Part shown: positions 8,467-17,451 of the stretch, one piece after another
Layout of the letters: every line of letters starts with the position of its first letter
Position numbering within the stretch: position 1 is the stretch's first letter
Made by a program: the position numbers and the translations under genes
Source of the DNA: Acidobacteriota bacterium
GTDB taxonomy: Bacteria > Acidobacteriota > Thermoanaerobaculia > Gp7-AA8
NCBI GenBank assembly: GCA_003223635.1
Contig: QHVS01000156.1
Span: forward strand, 1 to 33,222
Reading direction: 5' to 3'
Length of the DNA: 33,222 nt
Notes under the pieces: generated by a model
Seen by the model: the letters and a program-made list of their open reading frames with translations, nothing else
What the model was told of the DNA's origin: nothing
Databases searched by the model: none

Positions 8467-9731
8467 TCTGCGGGTTCTACGCGCAGGTGCAGCCCGTCGA
8501 CGCCGCTGACCCGCACGCGCGTCCCTTCCGGCAGGGATGTCGGCGCCACGGCGTTCCACAACTCACCGTGCACGAATACTTTCCCTTCCGGACCGAGCTG
8601 TGTTCGCGCCACGCCGATCTCACCGATCATCCCCTCCCGTCCCGTGGCCACCCGCACACGTCGCGCGCGAAGGACGAGAGTGGTCAGGAAGATGGCGATC
8701 AGGCCGATCGGCACGCTGACGATCAGTGCCGTTAGGAGATGGACCCGCATCTCCGGAATCGGACCGTCGACCAGGAAGAGGGCGCCGAAAATCATGCAGA
8801 TGATCCCGCCGATGCCCAGAACGCCATGGGTGGCGTACTTGGCCTCGAGAGCGAAAAGCGTGAATGCGAGGAGCAGCAGGGCCAGGGAGGCGTAGCGGGT
8901 GGGCAGCAAATTGAGCGCGAAGAGCGCCAGAAGAATGGAGATGACGCCTACCACTCCCGGCACGACCGCGCCGGGATGATTGAACTCCGCAAAAATCGCC
9001 AGCGCGCCAAGGGCGAACAGCAGGAAAGCGATGTTGGGGTCCATCAACTTCGAGAGCAGCCGCTCCTTGAGCGACATGTCATAGGTTCGAAGGGGCTTTC
9101 CGACGAGATGCAGCGTGGTCGTGGAGCCGTTGTATCGACGCAGTGTTTTCCCGTCGAAGGCCTGGAAAAGCGATGGCAGATTGGGCGCCACCACGTCGAT
9201 CAACTTCTGGTGCAGGGCCTCGTCTTCGGTGAACGACTTCGATTCGCGCACGGCGCTCTCGGCCACCGTGACGTTGCGGCCGCGACGCGCAGCGATCGTG
9301 CGCATGAATGCCGCCGCATCGTTCTCCATCTTCGTCTTCATGATCTCATCCATCTTTTCGCCGAAGACGACAGGATGCGCCGCGCCGGTGTTCGTGCCCG
9401 GCGCCATCGCCGCGATGTCCGCGGATTCGAGGATGAAAAAGCCTGCCGATGCCGCCCGGGCCCCCGCCGGCGCCACATAGACAATCACCGGCACGCGGGA
9501 GGTCATGATCTTCTCCACGATGGAGCGGGTGGAGTCGATCAGTCCGCCGGGGGTTCGCAGTTCGATGACCACCGCGTCGTCATTCGTGCGGGCCGCTTCA
9601 GTCAACGCCCGTCCGATGAACTCGTCGCTGATCGGATGAATCATGTCGTCGACCGTGATCTTCAGAATCGCGGCCTGCGCGCAGAGGGGGATGGCGAAAG
9701 CGAGTGCGCTGAGCAGAAATCGACGCGGCAT
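8463..9731 (-). CDS. nfeD: NfeD family membrane-bound serine protease (ClpP-class N-domain, TM region, OB fold)
   Basis: Signal peptide, [21 protein letters not shown], several TM helices, [12 protein letters not shown]. Adjacent to an SPFH gene, as is typical. Confidence 0.93.
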   Translation of the reverse strand: MPRRFLLSALAFAIPLCAQAAILKITVDDMIHPISDEFIGRALTEAARTNDDAVVIELRTPGGLIDSTRSIVEKIMTSRVPVIVYVAPAGARAASAGFFILESADIAAMAPGTNTGAAHPVVFGEKMDEIMKTKMENDAAAFMRTIAARRGRNVTVAESAVRESKSFTEDEALHQKLIDVVAPNLPSLFQAFDGKTLRRYNGSTTTLHLVGKPLRTYDMSLKERLLSKLMDPNIAFLLFALGALAIFAEFNHPGAVVPGVVGVISILLALFALNLLPTRYASLALLLLAFTLFALEAKYATHGVLGIGGIICMIFGALFLVDGPIPEMRVHLLTALIVSVPIGLIAIFLTTLVLRARRVRVATGREGMIGEIGVARTQLGPEGKVFVHGELWNAVAPTSLPEGTRVRVSGVDGLHLRVEPAE

Positions 9732-9737
9732 GCACGA

Positions 9738-9743
9738 ATTCTA
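9738..9743 (-). promoter_or_regulatory. Putative -10 box giving a leaderless nfeD transcript
   Basis: TAGAAT followed by 6 nt and then ATG. No SD. Confidence 0.45.
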
Positions 9744-10094
9744 CTGCTCTGCGCAGTCGTGAACGGTATCGATGAGCAGTCCGAACTCGAGCGGCTTTCG
9801 CAGGGTCGCCCGGACCGGGAGATCGGAGCCCGCTGCCGTGCCGGCGACGATCAGGCGGTTCCGGAGCTCAGGCATGGTGGCGACCAGGTCCCGAATCCAC
9901 TGCGCGCCGCTCGGTGACATCGCCGGGTCGACCAGAATGGCGTCATAGCGGCCCGTGCGCAGTTTCTGAGTGAACGCAGCCGCCTCGGCCGTCACGTCGA
10001 CGGCGTAGCCTTGTCTCTGGAGAATATGGAGGATGAGGGCGAGGACGATTTCGTCAGCGTCGCCGACGAGCACCCTCTTACGAGCAACCGACAA
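9741..10094 (-). CDS. Single-domain response regulator receiver
   Basis: VLVGDADE, GYAV, YDAILVD (phosphoacceptor Asp present), LRKP. GGAGG upstream of the TTG start. Confidence 0.8.
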   Translation of the reverse strand: MSVARKRVLVGDADEIVLALILHILQRQGYAVDVTAEAAAFTQKLRTGRYDAILVDPAMSPSGAQWIRDLVATMPELRNRLIVAGTAAGSDLPVRATLRKPLEFGLLIDTVHDCAEQ

Positions 10095-10186
10095 CGGCCG
10101 GTACCTCCGACTTCTAGCGTTCCGTGGGGAACGGCATCGGAGACTCTCCGCAGCCGTGCTCGCCTATAACTCGGCGGGCGCTGCAG

Positions 10187-10372
10187 TTATTTCAAATAAC
10201 TGTGTGCGGCTTCCAGACGGCGACGGGACGAGGTCGCTTCGCGACGCAGCGCCGCGTGATCGTCATAGAGCGAATGACCGCAGGCCGCGCAGAGCTGATC
10301 CTCATCGACCAACTCCGCCGCGGCGAAGCGGCATGAACATAGCCCACACACGATGTCCAATCTCTCTTCCAT
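10187..10372 (-). CDS. Small (61 aa) Cys-rich putative metal-binding protein
   Basis: MEERLDIVCGLCSC...LCAACGHSLYDDH. SD AGGAG upstream of ATG 10372, directly after the upstream gene's stop. Confidence 0.6.
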   Translation of the reverse strand: MEERLDIVCGLCSCRFAAAELVDEDQLCAACGHSLYDDHAALRREATSSRRRLEAAHSYLK

Positions 10373-10380
10373 CAGCACTC

Positions 10381-10746
10381 CTATTTGGGAACGTAGCTCG
10401 CCTCCGCGATTTCGCGTTCTTCTCTCATTCTTCGAGTCTCGGCGATCAGGCGGAGATCGAAGAGGATCTGCTCGTAATCGTCGTCGCGCGGACCGTCGAC
10501 CAGATCGGTGAACTGGCCGGCAGCCGCTTCGCCTCTGGAGAATTCGAGCAGCTTCTTTGCGTCGCCGAGGGCCAGGCGGAGATAAAACTCGAGGTCCTCT
10601 GACAACTCGGCCGAACTCTCGGCGCGACGGGCAAGCGACAGGGCCCGCGCGATGAAGCGAACCGCGTCGGCCGATTTCGCCCGACACCAATGCGACCACT
10701 CGTTTGGAGAACGGGTCGTTCGGATTTCGAAACGTCGTTCGTTCAC
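10381..10746 (-). CDS. Hypothetical protein (121 aa)
   Basis: Strong SD AAGGAGG before GTG 10746. Fills the gap between DUF1761 and the Cys-rich gene. Confidence 0.65.
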   Translation of the reverse strand: MNERRFEIRTTRSPNEWSHWCRAKSADAVRFIARALSLARRAESSAELSEDLEFYLRLALGDAKKLLEFSRGEAAAGQFTDLVDGPRDDDYEQILFDLRLIAETRRMREEREIAEASYVPK

Positions 10747-10763
10747 GCCAGCCTCCTTTGAAG

Positions 10764-11180
10764 TCATCTCCATAGCGCCAGAATGATTCCCGCGATCACG
10801 AAGGAGACGAGGTTGTACCCGGAGTTGATGAGCCAGAGCGCTTTCGGTTGCGACGAGAAGAGCGCGGTGGCCAGGCTCGTCGCAGCGGCGAATCCCACCC
10901 AGCAGAAAACCCCGACCAGAGCGCCGCGGAGGGGAGTGACCGGGGGAAGATGTCTGATGACCACGGCGAGCGAGGCAGCGATGAGCAGTCCGCAGATGAA
11001 TGCCATCAGAAGCAGCAGGGGCATGGGGCCAGAGGCGGCCTTCATCTCCTCTTCGCTTTTCCCCATCAGCCGGATCCACGGCTTGGCGAAGAGAGCCTTG
11101 GAGTACCAGAGTCCACCGAGGATGAAGATGACGACACCGCTCACCAGGACGGCCCAGTAATTGATGTGAGGAATTGGCAT
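10764..11180 (-). CDS. DUF1761 family membrane protein
   Basis: INYWAVLVS...LGGLWYS..LF.KPW, four TM segments, LWLINSGY. SD AGGAGG. Confidence 0.85.
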   Translation of the reverse strand: MPIPHINYWAVLVSGVVIFILGGLWYSKALFAKPWIRLMGKSEEEMKAASGPMPLLLLMAFICGLLIAASLAVVIRHLPPVTPLRGALVGVFCWVGFAAATSLATALFSSQPKALWLINSGYNLVSFVIAGIILALWR

Positions 11181-11190
11181 CGGATCCCTC

Positions 11191-12588
11191 CTACTCCGGC
11201 GCGAAGTCGGGCGACGGTTCGTAGTTGAAGAATTTGGTGATGTCGTTGCGGAAAACGAGCTTGAAATCGCCGATCGGCCCGTTGCGCTGCTTGGCGATGA
11301 TGATTTCGGCGATTCCCTTCTCCTCAGTGTCCCTGTTGTAGACCTCATCGCGATAGATGAAGGCCACCAGATCGGCATCCTGCTCGATCGAACCCGACTC
11401 GCGCAGATCGGCCAGCTGCGGGCGATGATCGCCGGTGCGCTGCTCCGGCCGCCGCGATAATTGCGACAGCGACACAAGCGGTACGTTCAGCTCCTTGGCC
11501 ACGGCCTTCAGGCCGCGCGAGATCTGGGAGATCTCCTGGTTGCGCGACTCGACCTTTCCTCTGACCGACATGAGCTGCAGGTAGTCGATCATGATCAGGT
11601 CGAGGCCCGCTTCCATCTTCAAACGCCGCGCTTTGGCCCGCATCTCCATGACGTCGATGCCGGGCGTGTCATCGACAAAGATCTTCGCTTTCGCCAACCG
11701 GGCCGATGCTTCGGCCAGATCGCGCCAGTTGCGCTCGGAGAGCATGCCCCCTCGAATCAAGTGATTGGGAACGCCTGACTCGGAGGAGAGGATACGCAAG
11801 CCGATCTGCTCCCTCGACATCTCCAGCGAGAAAACCCCCACCGAGTAGAGCCGCTGCGCCGGCGCGCGGGGCGTTCCGGCGCGATCGGGGATGGCGATCG
11901 CCTCCGCGATGTTCATCATGAAGCTCGTCTTGCCCATGGAGGGACGCGCGGCGAGGATGATCAGGTCCTGCGGCTGGAAGCCGGAGGTGTATTCGTTGAA
12001 CCGGTCGTAGCCGGTGGGGATACCGGTGATGAGTTTCCCGGCATGCTGAAGCTGCTCGATCGCCGCCATGTTCTGGCGGTTGATGCGATCGAGAGCGACG
12101 AAACCCTTGTCGATGCTCCCTTCGGCGATCTCGTAGAGCGATCGCTCGGCGATGGACATCACCTCGGTCGATTCGCCGGGCGCGTCGAGCGCGGCGCGCA
12201 TGACGCTGTTGCCCATTACGATCAGCCGCCGCAGCATCGACTTTTCCTTGACGATCCGCGCGTATCGCTCGACGTTGGCGATGTCCGGGATGCCATCCAC
12301 CAGGGAAGTGATGTAGGCGAAACCGCCGATGCCATCGAGTTGGGCGCGCCTGAACAGTTCCTCTTTCAGGGTCAGGGCATCGATCTCCCGACTCTGCTCA
12401 GCCAGCTGACGCATCGTGGCGAAAATCGCGCGGTGAGAGTCTTTGAAGAAATCCTCGGTCTGTACCAGACCGATCACGCGGTAGAACGCGTGGTTGTTCA
12501 TGAGAATGGAGCCGAGAACGGCACGTTCGGCGTCAGGGCTTTGCGGAAGCGGCCGATCGAGAACCGTATCGAGTTGAACCGCACTCAT
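11191..12588 (-). CDS. dnaB: Replicative DNA helicase DnaB
   Basis: AERAVLG, TGIPTG, AARPSMGKT, FSLEMS, IDYLQL, SQLSR, DLRESGSIEQDAD, KQRNGP. No intein. Confidence 0.98.
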   Translation of the reverse strand: MSAVQLDTVLDRPLPQSPDAERAVLGSILMNNHAFYRVIGLVQTEDFFKDSHRAIFATMRQLAEQSREIDALTLKEELFRRAQLDGIGGFAYITSLVDGIPDIANVERYARIVKEKSMLRRLIVMGNSVMRAALDAPGESTEVMSIAERSLYEIAEGSIDKGFVALDRINRQNMAAIEQLQHAGKLITGIPTGYDRFNEYTSGFQPQDLIILAARPSMGKTSFMMNIAEAIAIPDRAGTPRAPAQRLYSVGVFSLEMSREQIGLRILSSESGVPNHLIRGGMLSERNWRDLAEASARLAKAKIFVDDTPGIDVMEMRAKARRLKMEAGLDLIMIDYLQLMSVRGKVESRNQEISQISRGLKAVAKELNVPLVSLSQLSRRPEQRTGDHRPQLADLRESGSIEQDADLVAFIYRDEVYNRDTEEKGIAEIIIAKQRNGPIGDFKLVFRNDITKFFNYEPSPDFAPE

Positions 12589-12757
12589 TGGACGATTGCC
12601 GGGAATTTTCCTTCCGGTTTTCTTCCGAAAAAGTTTTCAGAAGGAAACTCGCAGCCCATTCCGCAGCGCATCCGCAGGCCGCGCTGGCCGCAAACTGTTG
12701 ATCCCACGCCCTCCACACCTTTTCTTTCTAAGTTTTTCGATTGTGCTGCAAACCGTC

Positions 12758-12786
12758 TTGACACGGAAAAGCAGGGCACGAACTAT
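12758..12786 (+). promoter_or_regulatory. Putative sigma70 promoter for the PPIase gene
   Basis: TTGACA - 17 nt - AACTAT in the AT-richer divergent gap. Confidence 0.4.
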
Positions 12787-12967
12787 TTTCGCTCAAGACG
12801 AGACGATCGTTCGAAAAATCTCACGATTCGATTCAGGGTTGTCGGTTCGTCAGCGCGTTCTTCATTCTTCATTCGAACTTCCCGATCTACTCTTGGTAGA
12901 GGATCGGAATTGGCCCCACCCGAACCATGTTGGTCACCGGGTCGTCGAAACTCCGTCAGGAGGAAAC

Positions 12968-13897
12968 ATGAAACGAATCGTTCTCGCGCCGCTCATCGCG
13001 GTCGCCCTGCCGATGTTCGCCCAAGCGCCGCAGCAGCAGCCCGCCCCCGTGCCGGATGCGCAAAGGCCGGTGGCCATCATCAACGGCGAGGTGATCACCG
13101 CCGAGAAGCTCGACCGCCTCTACGACCACATGGGCGCGCAGATGCGCGCACAGTACGCCAGGACCGGCGGCAAGGCCGCGTTTCTGGAGACCTACCTTCG
13201 CAAGCGGCTGATGATTCAGGAAGCGCTCAAGGCTGGCTTCGACAAGCGGCCGGACGTGCAGGCCGACTTCGAAGCCGCGAAAGAATCGGCGCTCTTCGAC
13301 CGCTATGTCCGCGACGTCGTCGCCGCTCCGATCGTTACCAGCGCGGAAATTCGCCAGTACTATGACCAGCATCCCGACGACTTCCTCACTCCCGAGCAGG
13401 TGAAGGTGCGCCACATCGTCATCGGTCCGCGGGCACGAAACAAGGAGGAAGCGCAGATGGCGATCGAGCAGATCGCCGCTCAGCTGCATGCCCAGAATGC
13501 GGCCGTGAAGTCGACCGACCCTGTCGTCGCAGCGCAGATACGCGCCCGGAACTTTGCCGAACTGGCGCGCAAGTACTCGCAGGATGGCTCCGCGGAGTCG
13601 GGTGGTGACCTCGGATGGGTCAATCGAGGCCAGCTCGATGCAACCTTCGAGGAGGCCGCCTTCCAGATGAAGAAGGGCGTTACCAGCGGCGTGATCCAGA
13701 CGAACTTCGGCTACCACCTCATCTTTGTGGAAGACAAGAAGCCGGTCGGCACAGAGCCGTTCGAGCAGGCCCAGCCGTCGATTCGAGAGTTCCTCATGAA
13801 CCAGCACGCCGCGGACGTGATGAGCGCGGTGACGAAGCTGACGAACGAGCTGAAGGCGAACAGCAAGATCGCCCTGCATCCCGAGAACATCCGGTAA
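12968..13897 (+). CDS. Exported parvulin/PpiC-type peptidyl-prolyl isomerase (PrsA/SurA-like)
   Basis: SD AGGAGG, signal peptide, VKVRHIVI, FAELARKYSQD, GGDLGW, FEEAAF, TNFGYHLI. Confidence 0.92.
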   Translation: MKRIVLAPLIAVALPMFAQAPQQQPAPVPDAQRPVAIINGEVITAEKLDRLYDHMGAQMRAQYARTGGKAAFLETYLRKRLMIQEALKAGFDKRPDVQADFEAAKESALFDRYVRDVVAAPIVTSAEIRQYYDQHPDDFLTPEQVKVRHIVIGPRARNKEEAQMAIEQIAAQLHAQNAAVKSTDPVVAAQIRARNFAELARKYSQDGSAESGGDLGWVNRGQLDATFEEAAFQMKKGVTSGVIQTNFGYHLIFVEDKKPVGTEPFEQAQPSIREFLMNQHAADVMSAVTKLTNELKANSKIALHPENIR

Positions 13898-13900
13898 CCC

Positions 13901-14818
13901 CTACGCATCCTCCGCCCTGGTCCGTGGAGCGAACCGGCCGAAGTAGCGCCGGATCCAGATCAGGAATGCGAAGTAGGCGATCCAGGCCACCGCGGCGAGG
14001 CCCCACAGCAGCGGATTGCCGAAGATCTGCTCGAGGTGCATGGCCCGAATCTGCGGCGTCATCACCCCCATCTGTTCGTAGACCCGGTTTATATCGGTTC
14101 TGGCCAGCATCAGAGCGGCGAAAACGCCGCCAATGAGCTGCAACAGCACGAGCGTCCACCACGCCGATTCCTTCAATCGATAGAGCTGCACGGCGACGAA
14201 GGCGAGTAGCGCGGCCAACGCCAGCGCGGTGAGCGTGGCAGGCGCGCCGCTGAGCACCGTGCCGAACAGTGGGATGACAGGGCGCGCGGCGTTGGCAATC
14301 AACACCACCGCGCCAAAGGCCAGCACCAGCGAGACGCCGAGAACCGGGAGCGGAACGCGATCGGTCCAGCGCACCTGGGTGTCATTCGTTTCGACGGTCG
14401 CTCGCACGTCCCGTCGACCGTAAAACAGGATGAACACCAGCGGCAGGATGACGTAGATCAACGCGACCAGCGCGGTCACGAAAACGGTGACCATCCGAGC
14501 GGCCGATGGCGGCACCAGTACCATGATGTGGGGCATGACGAGAATGAGCATCGCGCCAGAGATGACGCCGCTGATCAACCAGATCCAGCTCACAACGAGA
14601 GCCAACGCCCGGGCCCAGCGGCGCTTGCGAATGGATCCGATTCCAACCGCGAACAAATACGCGGCGAATACCGCGTAGACGAGCAGATTCTGGGCGATGG
14701 AGGCCTGCGGAACCGTTGAAACTGCCACCGTGGCCAGGATGATCAGCAGGCAGATCGCCCCTCCGATGAGGTGAATGATCCCGAAAAAGACGAGAGCGCC
14801 GCTTCGATCCTTCAACAT
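13901..14818 (-). CDS. Hypothetical polytopic membrane protein
   Basis: 305 aa with about eight hydrophobic segments, apparently in two similar halves (RRWARALAL / ESAWWTLVL). Confidence 0.8.
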   Translation of the reverse strand: MLKDRSGALVFFGIIHLIGGAICLLIILATVAVSTVPQASIAQNLLVYAVFAAYLFAVGIGSIRKRRWARALALVVSWIWLISGVISGAMLILVMPHIMVLVPPSAARMVTVFVTALVALIYVILPLVFILFYGRRDVRATVETNDTQVRWTDRVPLPVLGVSLVLAFGAVVLIANAARPVIPLFGTVLSGAPATLTALALAALLAFVAVQLYRLKESAWWTLVLLQLIGGVFAALMLARTDINRVYEQMGVMTPQIRAMHLEQIFGNPLLWGLAAVAWIAYFAFLIWIRRYFGRFAPRTRAEDA

Positions 14819-14854
14819 GCCGGACCGCGGTGTCCAAATTCGATGCCGAGTCGG

Positions 14855-15886
14855 CTAGGAGACGGCGGTGGCGGCTCGTTTGGCCCCGTGTGCGCTCTCC
14901 CAATCCTCGGCTTCCGGGGAGAAGAGGTTGATCCTTGCCTTCTTGTACTCCCGCGTCGGATAAAGCGCTTGCTTCTCCGTCAAGCCGCTATCGATGGCCA
15001 GATCGTTGATGATCGACTCGCATTCATCGACTGAGCGGCCGTGAACGATCGTGTAGAGGTTGTAGGGCCAATCCTCGTACGTTGGACGCAGATAACAATG
15101 GGAGACTGCGCGATTCTGGGACATCTTCGAGCCAAAGTCGTCCACTCGGTTCTCGGGAACCACCCACACGCCCATCGCGCTGGCGGAGAAGCCCGGCTTT
15201 CGTGACTGGACCACCGCTCCGAAGCGCCGGATCTGGCCGCGCTTGAGGAGATTCTTCGCTGCGGCGAGCAACTCGTCCGCGGCGACTTCGCCGTTCTTGG
15301 CCAGCGCATCGAACGGGCGCGGCTGCAGCGGCAGATCGCGCTGCAGCAGACGAACGCATTCGATCTCCAACGGAGTCAGCGGAACATATTTCTCGTCGCT
15401 GTGCCCGTCTTCCGTTCCCTGCCCTTCGCCACCGTCGCCGCCGCTGTGCTTGAACAGCTTGAGCGTCGGCAGGGAGCGCACCGTCGAGCATCCCGCCTCG
15501 TCGCCCAGGATCTGGATGGTCTTCTCCAAACCGAGCCTGGAGGCAGGGGCTACGGCAATGGTGAACCACAGGTTGAAGTCATTGTTCCGTCGATAGTTCT
15601 GGCTCACGCCGGGGTAGGCATTGATCACGGACGCCGCCTCATCGATTCGTTCCGGCTCGACTTTCGCGGCCACCAGAGATGAACGATAGCCGAGCGCGCG
15701 GGCATCGAATTGCGCGGAAAGCTGCCGCACAATCCCTTCGCGTTTGAGACGCTCGGTGCGTTTGATCACCTCTTTTTCGGACATGTCGATGGTCTGTCCG
15801 ATGAAGGCAAACGGAGTTGAAACGAGCGGAAGCTCACCTTGCAGAGCACCCAACAACTCCCGGTCCCGTTGATCGATTTCCTGCAT
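14855..15886 (-). CDS. Fused siroheme decarboxylase AhbA-AhbB / NirDL-like protein (Lrp/AsnC fold)
   Basis: Two tandem Lrp-like units: LQGELPLVSTPF...NLWFT and LQRDLPLQPRPF...VSHCYLRP...WPYNLYTIVHG. GAGG upstream of ATG 15886. Confidence 0.88.
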   Translation of the reverse strand: MQEIDQRDRELLGALQGELPLVSTPFAFIGQTIDMSEKEVIKRTERLKREGIVRQLSAQFDARALGYRSSLVAAKVEPERIDEAASVINAYPGVSQNYRRNNDFNLWFTIAVAPASRLGLEKTIQILGDEAGCSTVRSLPTLKLFKHSGGDGGEGQGTEDGHSDEKYVPLTPLEIECVRLLQRDLPLQPRPFDALAKNGEVAADELLAAAKNLLKRGQIRRFGAVVQSRKPGFSASAMGVWVVPENRVDDFGSKMSQNRAVSHCYLRPTYEDWPYNLYTIVHGRSVDECESIINDLAIDSGLTEKQALYPTREYKKARINLFSPEAEDWESAHGAKRAATAVS

Positions 15887-15959
15887 ATGGATCCTCGGCT
15901 CGAAGAGCTTTTTTGTCGGCGTGGGGATGAACTGCATTGTAGCGTGATCGACACAATTG

Positions 15960-16370
15960 TCACCACTGCAATGAAGGCGGTGCAATCGCGCCGGCGTCCG
16001 GCACGGTGAGAATCGGGTATTCCGCCGACGAAAGGCGCTCATTCGGCGTGCCGCCGGCAGCGGCCAGCCAGGCCAGGTGGTGCCGAGAGGCTTTCTCCAC
16101 AGCTCCTCGATCAACGCCACAAAAGACGGGAGGGAATGGCTCCAATCGCTTGAGGGCGGCATCAAAAAGACGCCCAGCGCCCCGGTACGTCCCGCGCTGA
16201 ACGTGATGATAGGCCGCCGCAATCTGAATCATTCCCTGCAAAAACTGCTCGATGTCGGTCTCCGCCGCGAGCCACAGCGTCTCCCATGCCTCGTGGGCTT
16301 CCCAGAATTCGCGGCGGTTGAAATGATCCATGCCCGCCGTGAAGTGGGTGACGAAATCGGGCTTGGACAT
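15960..16370 (-). CDS. DUF309 domain protein
   Basis: FN..EFWEAHEAWETLW, FLQGMIQIAAAYHH..RG. Confidence 0.88.
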   Translation of the reverse strand: MSKPDFVTHFTAGMDHFNRREFWEAHEAWETLWLAAETDIEQFLQGMIQIAAAYHHVQRGTYRGAGRLFDAALKRLEPFPPVFCGVDRGAVEKASRHHLAWLAAAGGTPNERLSSAEYPILTVPDAGAIAPPSLQW

Positions 16371-16458
16371 GGTGCTCAGTGCTCGGTGCTCGGTACTCGG
16401 TGCTCGGTACTCGGTACTCGGTGCTCGGTACTCTACTAAGCACTGAGCACCAAGCACT
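16371..16458. repeat. Heptanucleotide tandem array with an inverted arm
   Basis: Nine RGTRCTC units (16371-16433), then three oppositely oriented units aagcact/gagcacc/aagcact (16438-16458). Confidence 0.95.
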
Positions 16459-17451
16459 AATCTCCGGCGCGCGTTCCCCTTCTCAATGTTGCACACATCG
16501 CCGCGGTGAAGTCCGAAGTGGTCCCCTTTCCGCCGATGTCGCGCGTCCGATGCTCGGGACCGGAGTCCAGAACCTTGACGATGGAGTCCTGGATGCGCTT
16601 GGCGGCTGACATTTCGCCGATGTGCTGCAACATCAGGACGGCAGACTGCAGCATCGCCAGCGGATTCGCCTTGTTCTGCCCGGCAATGTCAGGGGCACTG
16701 CCATGCACGGCTTCGAAAAGCGCGCCGTTCTCGCCGATGTTGGCTCCTGCCACCACCCCCAGCCCGCCCACCAGCCCTGCCGCCAGATCAGAGACGATGT
16801 CGCCGTAGAGATTCTCCAGCAGCAGGACGTCGAACTGGTTCGGATTGATGACCAACTGCATGCAGAGGTTGTCGACGATCTTGTCGTCCGCCTCGATGTT
16901 CGGATACGCCTTGGACACCTTGTCATGATGTTGGCCTTGTGCACAGCGGTGACTTTCTGGCGGCCGTGCGCGCGAGCGTACTCGAAGGCGAAGCGGGCGA
17001 TGCGAGTCGAGGCCCGCTCAGTGATGATCTTCAGCGACTCCACCACGCCGGGGACGACCTCGTGTTCCAGACCGCTATACAGATCTTCAGTGTTCTCCCT
17101 CACGACGACGAGATCGACATTCTCGAACCTGGTGATGATGTTCGGCATCGATTTCACAGGGCGCAGATTGGCGTACAAATCGAGCATTTTGCGCAGCCGG
17201 ACGTTGACCGAGGTGAATCCGGTCCCCACCGGCGTGGTGACCGGGCCCTTCAGGGCCACCTTGTTCCGCAGGATCGAGTCAAGAACCTCCTGCGGCAGGG
17301 GATCCCCGAATCGCGCCAGGGCCTCGGAGCCGACGAAATAGGTCTCCCAGTCGACCTTGACCCCTGTGCATTCGATGATCGCCACGACGGAGGCAGTGAC
17401 CTCCGGGCCGATGCCGTCACCCGGCAGAAGCGTGATCTTGTGCGGAGCCAT
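16457..17451 (-). pseudogene. icd: Isocitrate/isopropylmalate dehydrogenase family gene (NAD-IDH-like), frameshifted by an internal deletion
   Basis: 5' frame: PGDGIGPEV, LKGP, RENTEDLY, VHKANIM. 3' frame: IVDNLCMQLV, ENLYGDIVSDL, FEAVHGSAPDIAG. Junction ATG-AC-AAG-GTG at 16926-16916. Confidence 0.88.

Noticed and set aside
12589-12967. Replication origin next to dnaB
   Set aside because: No convincing TTATCCACA boxes. Only weak TCCGCA/TCCACA matches, and no dnaA.
16371-16458. Possible CRISPR array or STEYRAP repeat protein
   Set aside because: 7-nt units with no spacers and no cas genes. The peptide repeats simply follow from the DNA repeat.
16910-16935. Programmed ribosomal frameshift in icd
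   Set aside because: No slippery sequence, and conserved residues are physically missing, so recoding could not restore the enzyme.
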